Source: Candidatus Rokuibacteriota bacterium (lineage in GTDB: Bacteria; Methylomirabilota; Methylomirabilia; Rokubacteriales; CSP1-6). From it: 64,000 bases of DNA. The translations under genes and the position numbers were made by a program. This document shows, one piece after another, positions 31,090 through 39,487 of the stretch; the first letter of the stretch is position 1; the number at the start of each line of letters is the position of its first letter. The notes beneath the pieces are model-generated. The model saw only the letters and a program-made list of their open reading frames with translations. It had not been told where the DNA came from and did no database searches. The stretch spans positions 11,135 through 75,134 of the forward strand of contig JACPSW010000086.1 in assembly GCA_016193045.1 (NCBI GenBank). Direction: 5' to 3'.

Positions 31090-34000
31090 TCAGCGGCCCG
31101 CGAGGCTCGCCTGGCACTGGGCGAGGAGCGGGGCCATCTCGAGCCGGGCGGCGAGCGTAGCGGCCTCCCGGTAGCACGTCTCGGCCTGGCTCAAATCGGC
31201 GGGTGCTCGGCGCGCGTGGATATCGCCTAGGAGCCGCAGCGTCCAGGCCTGATGGCCCTCTTCCTTGTGGGTCCGCGCCAGCTCCAGGGCCTGGCGCGCC
31301 ACCGCCAGAGCGCGATCCATCTGTGCCGCGGCAAGCAGCCCCTCCCCCAGGTGCGCCGTCCAGAGGGCCAGGTAGGCCTTCACACCGAGCGCCTCCGTGA
31401 GGCTCACGCCCTCCTCGAGGAGCGGGAGCCCCTCCGAGACCCGGCCGAGGCGCACGAGGGTGTGTCCGAGGATGGATGAGGGGATCGGCCGCCAGACTGC
31501 GAGGCCCCGCTCCCGGCACGCCTGCAGGCTCTTCTCGAGGTCGGGGCGCGCGCCCTCGAAGTTGCCCTCGCGGTTCTTGACGAGGCCCGCCAGGGTCCAG
31601 GCGATGGCCTCGCTGTAAGCGTGGCCGCTGCCGTCGGCCGCGCGGCGGGCTTTCTCGACCGCCGCGCCGGCCTCGACGAAATCGCCCAGCTCGGCCCAGG
31701 CGAAGGCCAGCCACCCGCACGAGGCCACGTACGCGAATCCCCCGCGGGTCACGCCGGGCGCCCCCTCGTTTTTTTCGATCAGGACGATGTTCCGGCCGAG
31801 CGTGGAGACCGCCTCGCGGTAGCGCCCCTGGGCATGGGCGCAGGTCCCCATGTACTGGAGCGCCAGCACCTGGAGCGGCAGGTCGCCCGCGCGCTCGCCG
31901 ATCGCCAGGCAGCGCTGGCCGTACTCGCTGGCCAGGTGGGGCTCGCCCTTCAGGTAGTGGTAGTTGATCAGGTAGGTGTACACGCGGGCCAGCCGCTGCT
32001 CGTCGTCCAGGGCCCGGGCGAGCCCTTCGGCCTCCCGGGAGAGGGCGAGGACCTCTTCGAGACGCCCCAGCTGGAGGAGCGGCGGGCGCAGGTCGAGGGC
32101 GATGTCGATGGTCCGCTCGTCGCGCTTCCGGCTCTGGCCGAGGCGCGCGTTGGCCTCCAGCGCCCGCTGGAGAAACGTCGCCGCCTCGGTGTTGGCGCAG
32201 AGGCCGGCGGCCTTGGCGCCGGCCTCGCGCAGGTAGGTCACGGCCTTCTCCCACTCCTCGCCCTGGAGGAAGTGGTGGGCCAGCATCTCGACGTGCTCGG
32301 AGAGGCGCAGGGCATAGACCTCCTCCACCGCCTCGCCGATGAGCCGGTGGAGCGCCTTCCTGCGCTGGACCAGGAGGCTCTCGTAGGCCACCTCCTGAAC
32401 GAGGGCCTGGCGGAACATGTACGCGGCCTCGTCGAGGGACTTCTCGATGATCAGCTCGAGCTCCAGGAGCTTCTGGAGCGCCGTCGGGATCCCCTCCCCG
32501 CGATCGGCCACGCGCGCGAGCAGGCGCTGGGTGAAATCCCGGCCGATGACGGAAGCCATCTGCAGCGCTGATTTTGCAAGGTCAGGCAGGCGATCGATGC
32601 GCGCGGCCAGGACGTCGAGGATCGTCGGCGGGATCTTGAGCGCCTCGGCGCCATGGCTCCACCCGGTCTCCCTCAGCGAGCGGGCGACTTCTTCGATGAA
32701 CAGCGGGTTGCCGCCCGTCTTCTCGACGACGGCAGACAGCAGCTCGGGCGGGGCGGGGGTCTCGGCGAGGATGCCGCGGGCGAGCGCCGCCCGCTCGTCG
32801 GGCTCGAGCGGCTGAAGCACGATCCGGGAGCTCACGGGGCTCCCGGCGGCCGGCGGGGTCGCGCGCGGACGGCAGGTCAGGATGACGAGGGCGGGGGCGC
32901 GCGGGATGGCCGCCGCCCAGAAGTTCAGGAACTCGGCCGAGGCCCCGTCGAGCCACTGGCAGTTCTCGAAGACGAAGACGTGGGGCCGCTGCCGCGCGGC
33001 GGCCGCGCTGAGCCGGCCGAGGGCGTCGAGGAGGCGCTCCTTGCGCTCCTGCGGGGAGAGCGCCGCCATCCCGCCCTCCGCGGCGCCGAGGGACAAGAGG
33101 TAGCGGAGCGCCGGCGCGGCCGTCTCGACATCGGGGCCGAGCTCCGCGAGCCGCGCCGTGAGCTTCCGGTCCATCTCCCGCTCCGGATCGCCATCGGCCA
33201 GCCCCAGCAGGGCGCGCACGATGTCGATCACCGGCAGGTACGGCGTGGACTGGCCGTAGGGGACGCACGTCCCTTCGACCCAGGCCATGGTCCCGGCGGG
33301 GAGGCGGGTGCGGAGTTCCCAGAGGAGGCGCGACTTGCCGATCCCCGCTTCCCCGAGGATCGTGACCACCCGGCCGCGCCCGGCGCGGGCCTCGTCGGCG
33401 GCGCTCAGGAGGGCGGCGAGCTCCGCTTCCCGCCCGACGAACGTCGAGAGCCCGGCCTCGGAGGCGACGGCGAGCCGGCTCCGGTGGGCCCTCCTGCGGA
33501 GCGGGCGGAAGACCTCAACCGGAAGGCTTTTCCCCTTCACCGTGTGCGTGCCGAGCGCCTCGCAGTCGAAGTACCCGGCGACCAGGTGGTGAGTGGCCTC
33601 GCTGATCGCCACCGTCCCCGGCTCGGCCAGCGCCTGCAGGCGCGCGGCCAGGTTGACGGTGTCGCCCTGGGCGGTGTAGTCCATGCGGAGGTCGTCCCCG
33701 ATCTTGCCGACGACGACGAGTCCCGTATTCACGCCGATCCTGAGGGCGACCCGCTGGCCGCGGCTCCGCTGAAGCTCGTCGCCGACCTTGCGCATGGCTT
33801 CCTGGATTGCCAGCGCCGCCTCCACGGCGCGCGCCGCGTGGTCCTCCAGGGCGAGGGGGGCGCCGAACAGGGCCATGATCCCGTCGCCGGTGAACTGGTT
33901 CACCGTGCCCTCGTACCGGTGGACCTCCGCCAGCATGATCTCGAAGAGGCGATTCATCAGGTCGTGAAGCTCCTCCGGGTCCAGCTGCTCGGAGAGGCCC

Positions 34001-34293
34001 GTGAAGTTCTGGAGGTCGGCGAAGAGGACGGTGACCTGCTTGCGCTCGCCCTCCAGCGCCGTCCGGGACGTGAGGATGCGCTCGGCCAGATGCCTGGGCG
34101 TGTAGGAACGGGGGGCGTCGAACTGGGCCGCGGGGACCGCGCCCGCGACGGGGGTCCCGCATTGATCGCAGAACTTCGCCCCCTCGCGGAGGTCGCCCTG
34201 ACAACGCGAGCACCGGGCGGCGAGGGGGGCGCCGCACCGGTCGCAGAACCTGGCGCCTTCGCGCAGATCGTGCCGGCAGCGCGGGCAGTTCAT
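31090..34293 (-). CDS. Class III adenylate/guanylate cyclase with double zinc ribbon, AAA/STAND ATPase and TPR region
   Basis: CPRC..CDRC..CSRC..CDQC; GERKQVTVLFADL, FTGDG, GDTVNLAARL; GEAGIGKSRL. Confidence 0.92.
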   Translation of the reverse strand: MNCPRCRHDLREGARFCDRCGAPLAARCSRCQGDLREGAKFCDQCGTPVAGAVPAAQFDAPRSYTPRHLAERILTSRTALEGERKQVTVLFADLQNFTGLSEQLDPEELHDLMNRLFEIMLAEVHRYEGTVNQFTGDGIMALFGAPLALEDHAARAVEAALAIQEAMRKVGDELQRSRGQRVALRIGVNTGLVVVGKIGDDLRMDYTAQGDTVNLAARLQALAEPGTVAISEATHHLVAGYFDCEALGTHTVKGKSLPVEVFRPLRRRAHRSRLAVASEAGLSTFVGREAELAALLSAADEARAGRGRVVTILGEAGIGKSRLLWELRTRLPAGTMAWVEGTCVPYGQSTPYLPVIDIVRALLGLADGDPEREMDRKLTARLAELGPDVETAAPALRYLLSLGAAEGGMAALSPQERKERLLDALGRLSAAAARQRPHVFVFENCQWLDGASAEFLNFWAAAIPRAPALVILTCRPRATPPAAGSPVSSRIVLQPLEPDERAALARGILAETPAPPELLSAVVEKTGGNPLFIEEVARSLRETGWSHGAEALKIPPTILDVLAARIDRLPDLAKSALQMASVIGRDFTQRLLARVADRGEGIPTALQKLLELELIIEKSLDEAAYMFRQALVQEVAYESLLVQRRKALHRLIGEAVEEVYALRLSEHVEMLAHHFLQGEEWEKAVTYLREAGAKAAGLCANTEAATFLQRALEANARLGQSRKRDERTIDIALDLRPPLLQLGRLEEVLALSREAEGLARALDDEQRLARVYTYLINYHYLKGEPHLASEYGQRCLAIGERAGDLPLQVLALQYMGTCAHAQGRYREAVSTLGRNIVLIEKNEGAPGVTRGGFAYVASCGWLAFAWAELGDFVEAGAAVEKARRAADGSGHAYSEAIAWTLAGLVKNREGNFEGARPDLEKSLQACRERGLAVWRPIPSSILGHTLVRLGRVSEGLPLLEEGVSLTEALGVKAYLALWTAHLGEGLLAAAQMDRALAVARQALELARTHKEEGHQAWTLRLLGDIHARRAPADLSQAETCYREAATLAARLEMAPLLAQCQASLAGR

Positions 34294-34374
34294 GGTGGCG
34301 GGATACTAGCACCCCCGGCCCGGTCTCTCAAGAGCCTTTGCCCCCGTCCACGCCGCGCGTATGATGGAAGGCAG

Positions 34375-34932
34375 ATGGGGAAACGGCTCGTGTCCGTCGC
34401 GGCGCTCGTGCTCCTCGGGGCGCTCCCCGCGCTGGCCCAGCAGCCGGCGGCGGGCGATCCGAGCCGCCCCTTCACCTCTCAGCGGCCTCCGGCCGCCGCC
34501 CAGCCCCCGCCCGCCAACCCGTACCTGCCCCAGGGCAACCCCTTCGGGCCCGCGAGCGCGACGAATCCGTACACGCCCCAGGGCAACCCCTTCGGCCCGG
34601 CGAGCGTGACGAACCCGTACGCGCCCCAGGGCAACCCCTTCATGCCGGCGAGCCCCACCGCCCCGTCGGTCCCTTCGATCCCTTCCGTGGGCGCCACGCG
34701 GGGGACCTTCGGCGTCGGAGTGCCCTTCACCCCCGAGGCTCCGTACAACCCGTACAGCCCGCTCGGGTCTCCGTTCAGCTCGGCGAGCCCGGCCTACCAG
34801 CCGGGGCAGCTGGGCAGTCCCTTCGCGCCTTACACCCCTTCCAACCCCTTCGGCGCGGGCGCTCCCTTCGACCCCTTCAACCCGAACAATCCCAACAGCC
34901 CCTTCTTCCCGCTGAGCCGTCCCAAGAAGTAG
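34375..34932 (+). CDS. Secreted Pro/Asn-rich low-complexity repeat protein
   Basis: Signal peptide MGKRLVSVAALVLLGALPALA; repeats of NPYxPQGNPFGPASxT. Confidence 0.7.
   Translation: MGKRLVSVAALVLLGALPALAQQPAAGDPSRPFTSQRPPAAAQPPPANPYLPQGNPFGPASATNPYTPQGNPFGPASVTNPYAPQGNPFMPASPTAPSVPSIPSVGATRGTFGVGVPFTPEAPYNPYSPLGSPFSSASPAYQPGQLGSPFAPYTPSNPFGAGAPFDPFNPNNPNSPFFPLSRPKK
34516..34653 (+). repeat. Coding 48-bp tandem repeat (about 3 copies)
   Basis: AAYCCGTACnnGCCCCAGGGCAACCCCTTC... at 34516, 34564 and 34612. Confidence 0.85.
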
Positions 34933-35021
34933 GGCCGGCGGTCGTTGTTTTTGAACTGCTTTACGATTTCGTGTAAAGTAAAGCACGGATCAACGAAGCA
35001 TCATCTCGATGGGAGGAAAGA

Positions 35022-35240
35022 GTGGCACGTCTCACATTGTCTTCTAAGAACCAAATCGTGCTCCCTAAAGAGGCTCGGCAGGCGATGGGAGTCAGGGGTG
35101 GAGACCAGATATTGGTCGTGGTGAAAGGAAGCGTAACCCTCCTCATGCCCAAGCCCAAAAAATATGCCAAGGCCCTTTCCGGGAGTGGAAAAAGACTCTA
35201 CCCCAAGACATACCTTAAGACGGAACGCAGGTCGTGGTAG
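35022..35240 (+). CDS. AbrB/MazE/SpoVT-family antitoxin
   Basis: LSSKNQIVLPKEARQAMGVRGGD; GGAGG RBS; overlaps the PIN gene. Confidence 0.85.
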   Translation: MARLTLSSKNQIVLPKEARQAMGVRGGDQILVVVKGSVTLLMPKPKKYAKALSGSGKRLYPKTYLKTERRSW

Positions 35241-35683
35241 GTGTTGCCGCTCTCGAGGGCTTTCTCAGGAAGCACAGAACGATCGGCTTAGATTCTAGCA
35301 TCCTGATTTACTTCATCCAGGCCGACGCCGTTTATGGGCCGCTCGCGACCAAGATTTTTGAATGGATGGAGGCGGGAAGGGTTCACGGGATCTGCTCCGC
35401 GCTCACTCTTTTGGAGGTGCTGGTTCAGCCATATCGGAGAAACGATGAGGAACGAGTCGGCCAGTTCTACGGGCTGCTGACAACGTATCCTCACCTCACC
35501 TGGGTGGCGCTTTCCCTAGAAATAGCCGACCTGGGGGCCCGGCTGCGGGCGACGTATCGGTTGAAGACTCCAGATTCGATCCTGATCGCGACCGCGGTGA
35601 ATTCCGAAGCCACGGGGTTTATCGGAAACGACGCAGACTTGAAACGGATCACCGAGCTTGATGTGTTGGTGCTGGGCAAGTAG
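35234..35683 (+). CDS. PIN-domain VapC-family toxin
   Basis: IGLDSSILIY, TLLEVLVQP, LKTPDSILIATA, GNDADL. Confidence 0.88.
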   Translation: MVGVAALEGFLRKHRTIGLDSSILIYFIQADAVYGPLATKIFEWMEAGRVHGICSALTLLEVLVQPYRRNDEERVGQFYGLLTTYPHLTWVALSLEIADLGARLRATYRLKTPDSILIATAVNSEATGFIGNDADLKRITELDVLVLGK

Positions 35684-35775
35684 TTACTAGTCTAGGAGAC
35701 TACCCGGGCCGCGGTCGCTTGTCGTCCCTCATGGGCCGTGGTAGCATCCCCTCACCCCAGGAGAGGAGGATCGCC

Positions 35776-36168
35776 ATGCCGAAGACCACTCAGCTCACCC
35801 TCACCCTCGAATCCAAGCCGGGGGTCCTGGCCAAGATCAGCCAGGCGCTGGCCGGCGCCGGCGTGAACATCAGCGCCATCTGCGCCGCCGAGGCGGCGGG
35901 GCGCGGCAAGATCCGGATGGTCGTCAGCGATCCCGGCCGGGCCAAGGAAGCGCTGAAGGCGGCCAAGCTCCGCTGCAGCGAGGAGCCGGCCCTGGTGCTC
36001 ACCCTGGAGGATCGCCCGGGCGCCCTGGCGCGCGTGGCCGAGAAGCTCGCCGCCGCCAAGGTCAACATCAAGTGCGCGTACGCCACCACCGGTGGCATGG
36101 GCGGATCCACGACCGTCGTGCTCTCGGTCTCCAACGTGGACAAGGCGGCCTCCGTGCTCGGCGTGTAG
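35776..36168 (+). CDS. Tandem ACT-domain protein
   Basis: LESKPGVLA..GVNI and LEDRPGALA..KVNIKCAY; GAGGAGG RBS. Confidence 0.88.
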   Translation: MPKTTQLTLTLESKPGVLAKISQALAGAGVNISAICAAEAAGRGKIRMVVSDPGRAKEALKAAKLRCSEEPALVLTLEDRPGALARVAEKLAAAKVNIKCAYATTGGMGGSTTVVLSVSNVDKAASVLGV

Positions 36169-36366
36169 ATGCGGCTCAAGCGCGCGGCGGTCGAGGAGAT
36201 GATGGCGGGGCGCCCCGCCGGCACGACGCTGGAAGAGGCGCTGGAGGTGTTCGAGGTCTTCGCCAGCGGCTCTCTGAGCGACGAGGTGTACATCCTGGAC
36301 GACGTGAGCGGCAAGCGGATCGCCATCGCTCCCGCCGCCCTCAAGGAAAAGTATCGCCCCGCGTAA
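36169..36366 (+). CDS. Small hypothetical protein
   Basis: ATG directly after the upstream stop; genome-typical codon usage; fills the operon gap. Confidence 0.6.
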   Translation: MRLKRAAVEEMMAGRPAGTTLEEALEVFEVFASGSLSDEVYILDDVSGKRIAIAPAALKEKYRPA

Positions 36367-36385
36367 AGGCGGGGGGAGGTGAGGC

Positions 36386-37213
36386 ATGGCCATCATCACC
36401 ATCTCGCACGAAATGGGGGCCGGCGGGCCCGAGATCGGGATGACCGTGGCGCAGCGCCTCGGCTACCGCTACGCGGACCACGAGCTGATCCTCGACACGG
36501 CGCAGCGCTATGGCCTGCTCGAGGAGAAGCTGAGCCACCTGGACGAGAGCAAGCCGTCGTTCTTCGAGCGCCTGGACACCGAGACCCACCAGTACATCAC
36601 CGCCATCCAGACCACGCTGCTGGAGTTCGCCGACCAGGACAACGTGGTCCTGATGGGACGCAGCGGCCAGTGGCTCCTGCGCGGGATTCCCCATGTGCTC
36701 CGGGTCCGCGTCAAGGCGCCCTTTGAACTCCGCGTCAAGCGCGCGCTGAAGAAGATGGCGGGCCAGATGGGGGAGGCCGTGAACCCGCGGACCGTTACGG
36801 ACATGGTCCGCCGGGACGACGCGGAGAAGGCGGGCCGGTTCCGCTACCTCTATGAGTTGGACATCAACGACCCGAGCCTCTACGAGCTCGTGCTCAACAC
36901 CGAAAAGGTGTCCACCGAGACGGCGGTGGAGCTGATCGCTACGGCGGCGCGCCGCCCCGACTTCGCCACCACCGAGGCGGGCCGGCAGGTCGTCGCCGAC
37001 CGGGCGCTCGCCTCGCGCGTGCAGGTGGCGCTCGCCACCCAGCCGGAGACCCGCAAGTACCGGATCACGGTGGAGGCTCAGCAGGGGGTGGTGACCCTCG
37101 AGGCGACCGCGGCCCTGGACCAGGCCGTGGAGGTGGCGCGGACGGTGCACGGCGTGCGGGACGTGAAGACCCGCCAGGTGGAGATCCCGCCCATTCCTCC
37201 GTTCGTGGCTTGA
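36386..37213 (+). CDS. Cytidylate kinase-like family protein with C-terminal BON domain
   Basis: IITISHEMGAGG, VVLMGR, VLRVRVKAP, YELVLNT; C-terminal ITVEAQQGVVTL...VHGVRDV. Confidence 0.85.
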   Translation: MAIITISHEMGAGGPEIGMTVAQRLGYRYADHELILDTAQRYGLLEEKLSHLDESKPSFFERLDTETHQYITAIQTTLLEFADQDNVVLMGRSGQWLLRGIPHVLRVRVKAPFELRVKRALKKMAGQMGEAVNPRTVTDMVRRDDAEKAGRFRYLYELDINDPSLYELVLNTEKVSTETAVELIATAARRPDFATTEAGRQVVADRALASRVQVALATQPETRKYRITVEAQQGVVTLEATAALDQAVEVARTVHGVRDVKTRQVEIPPIPPFVA

Positions 37214-37217
37214 CCGT

Positions 37218-37730
37218 ATGCCGGGCGCCCGGGGCCTTGCCGCGGTTTCCGTCGCGCTGGACGTCCTAGCCCGCGGGGAGCGCCTGTGGGTGAGGGAGGC
37301 CACCCCGAGCATGCTGCCGCTGATCCGGCCAGGCGATGAGCTCCTGCTGGCCCCGCTCGGGTCGCGGACGATCGGGGCCGGGGAGGTGATCGCGTACCGG
37401 CGGGAGAGCCAACTCGTCATTCACCGGGTGCTGAGCGCGCCCGGCTCCGGTGTGGTGGCCAAGGGAGACGCGCTCGCCTCCCCCGATCCCCTCGTGCCGT
37501 GGGATCGGGTGGTGGCTCGTGTCGTCGCGCTCCGCGGCCCCGATGGGCGGACGGCGAATCTCGATGCCTTCCCGTGGCCGCTTACCCACCGCCTCCTGGG
37601 TCGGATGTCCTGGATGGCGGCTCGTCTTTCGCTGGAGAGTTCCGGAGAGGCTCCGCCGCCGTTCGTGAGGCGCCTCGCGTGGAAGGCCGTCCGCCTCCCG
37701 TTCTACCTCGCAAGGCTCGTCCTCAGGTGA
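37218..37730 (+). CDS. S24/S26-family peptidase (Ser-His type)
   Basis: PSMLPLIRPGD, GEVIAY, VIHRV, AKGDA. Confidence 0.8.
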   Translation: MPGARGLAAVSVALDVLARGERLWVREATPSMLPLIRPGDELLLAPLGSRTIGAGEVIAYRRESQLVIHRVLSAPGSGVVAKGDALASPDPLVPWDRVVARVVALRGPDGRTANLDAFPWPLTHRLLGRMSWMAARLSLESSGEAPPPFVRRLAWKAVRLPFYLARLVLR

Positions 37731-37990
37731 TCGTCGCCAAAGCCCCGACGACAGCGTGGCGGATCATCGAGGGAGAGGCGGTCATCCTCTCCATGGAGAC
37801 CAAAGTGCTCCGCGGGCTCAATCCGGTCGGAAGCCGCGTCTGGGAGCTCATCGACGGTCGCCGAGACGTTGAGGAAATCATCGAGGAGATCGTGCAGGAG
37901 TTCGACGTGGCCGCGGCGGAGGCGGGCCGGGACGTGATGGGCTTCATCCAGGAGCTCCTGGATCGGGGCCTCGTGACCTCTGTCGGATGA
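37727..37990 (+). CDS. PqqD-family RiPP recognition element (RRE)
   Basis: GTG overlaps the upstream stop; WRIIEGEAVIL...LNPVGSRVWELIDG...FDV....A..DV..FI.EL...GLV. Confidence 0.9.
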   Translation: MIVAKAPTTAWRIIEGEAVILSMETKVLRGLNPVGSRVWELIDGRRDVEEIIEEIVQEFDVAAAEAGRDVMGFIQELLDRGLVTSVG

Positions 37991-39114
37991 CGCGTTTCAT
38001 GCTCCTCGACAGCGGCGAGGAGCTGAGCCCTGGGAACGCCCGAGCCCTGGCTGAGCCCGGCCCCGTCCGGCTGAGGCTGCTGGAGCCGGCTCCACCCTTC
38101 CTCGACGGGCAGATCGTCCAGGTCACTCCTCTCCGTGCGGGACGTGTGCCGCGGGACACGCTGGTCCTCTCCCGCGTCGGCGGAGCCTTTTGCCTTCACG
38201 CCCTCGGAGACGGGCAGGGAGGCGGCGCCGCGGAGGCCCTCTGCGGTGTCGTCGCCCTTGAGCGGGGCGAGGCCGTCTTTTTCCTGAAACGAGGATTCCT
38301 CGCCGGCGTGCCGCCGCGCTGGCTCCCCCGGGCAATCGCCGCGCTCGAAGTCATCGGGAGGCTTCGTCGCCCCTTGACGCCGTCGCTCTTTCTCGGCAGC
38401 GCGGCGGCCTGCCTGGCGGGAGTGCGGGAGAAGTACAACCGCCGGGCGGAGGTCCGCCGCCACTCATACTTCGCGTCCATGGGCCTCGAACAAATCGAGC
38501 GCGAGATTGTCGAGCGGCATGTCAAGCCCGGGGGCCGCGTCCTCGACATCGGCTGCGGCGCCGGGCGGGAGGCGCTCGGCTTCTCCCGAGCGGGATTCCG
38601 CGTGGTCGCCATCGACATCGCCCCCCGGATGATCGAGGCGGCCCGAGCCAACGCCCAGCGAGAGCGACTGGGGATCACGTTCACGGTTCAGAGCGCGACG
38701 GAACTTGACGAGCCGCCGGGCTCGTTCGACGGCGCCTTCTGGTCGGGCTCCTACCATCACGTCCCGGGCCGTGCACTCCGGGTGGAGACGCTCGGGCGGA
38801 TCAGGCGGGCGCTGACTCCTGAGGGCGTGCTGATCCTCACGGTGCTCTACCGGGGGCGACGGGGGCTTCTCTCTCGAAGTCGGCTCGTGGATCTGCTTCG
38901 GGAAGTCGGGCGGAGGCTCTCTCGAACATGGCGCCTCTCCGAGTCCGGGGACGGCTATATGCGCGAGCTCTCGGAGGCGAGCGACCCTCGCGAGGCGTGC
39001 TTCTTCCATGATTTCTCGGGACCGGGAGAGGCCAGGGCGGAGATCGAGGCCGCTGGGCTCAGCGGCGAAGAGGTGGGCCCCGGCTGGTGGGTCTGCCGCA
39101 GCGCCCTTTCTTGA
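37987..39114 (+). CDS. Class I SAM-dependent methyltransferase with an N-terminal degenerate S26-like region
   Basis: VLDIGCGAGRE, IDIAPRMI, LTPEGVL; ATGA overlap with the PqqD gene. Confidence 0.85.
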   Translation: MTRFMLLDSGEELSPGNARALAEPGPVRLRLLEPAPPFLDGQIVQVTPLRAGRVPRDTLVLSRVGGAFCLHALGDGQGGGAAEALCGVVALERGEAVFFLKRGFLAGVPPRWLPRAIAALEVIGRLRRPLTPSLFLGSAAACLAGVREKYNRRAEVRRHSYFASMGLEQIEREIVERHVKPGGRVLDIGCGAGREALGFSRAGFRVVAIDIAPRMIEAARANAQRERLGITFTVQSATELDEPPGSFDGAFWSGSYHHVPGRALRVETLGRIRRALTPEGVLILTVLYRGRRGLLSRSRLVDLLREVGRRLSRTWRLSESGDGYMRELSEASDPREACFFHDFSGPGEARAEIEAAGLSGEEVGPGWWVCRSALS

Positions 39115-39119
39115 CCCGC

Positions 39120-39485
39120 CTATTTTGCTAGATGCTTCTCAATACAATCGATCACTTCCTTTACACTCGCTGGTTTGGCGATGAAGGGACGGCCGCCGAT
39201 CATGCCCTCTTCTTTTTTCGTCACCACGGCGGTTAAGAACACGATGGGGGTATCCTTCAAGTTCTTGTCGGCCTTAATCTGGGCGGCAACATCGCCCCCG
39301 TCCGCATCCGGCATGATCACATCGAGAAGAATGAGATCCGGTTTAAACTCCCTGGCGGCCGCCAGGCCGTGCGCTCCCCGGTTCTCCTCTCGTACCTCGT
39401 AGGCACCGGTCTTTTCAAGGTTCAGCCGCAGCATACGCGTAAAGCTTGGCTCATCGTCGATCAGGAGGATCCGTTTTTTCGCCAT
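39120..39485 (-). CDS. Single-domain response regulator (receiver only)
   Basis: ILLIDDE, PDLILLDVIMP, FLTA, IAKP. Confidence 0.9.
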   Translation of the reverse strand: MAKKRILLIDDEPSFTRMLRLNLEKTGAYEVREENRGAHGLAAAREFKPDLILLDVIMPDADGGDVAAQIKADKNLKDTPIVFLTAVVTKKEEGMIGGRPFIAKPASVKEVIDCIEKHLAK

Positions 39486-39487
39486 CG

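Noticed and set aside
34516..34653. Regularly spaced direct repeats as a possible CRISPR array
   Set aside because: In-frame 48-bp coding repeats with no unique spacers; no cas genes in the window
18663..35700. tRNA-Thr as the attachment site of a genomic island
   Set aside because: No integrase and no duplicated tRNA 3' end seen in the window
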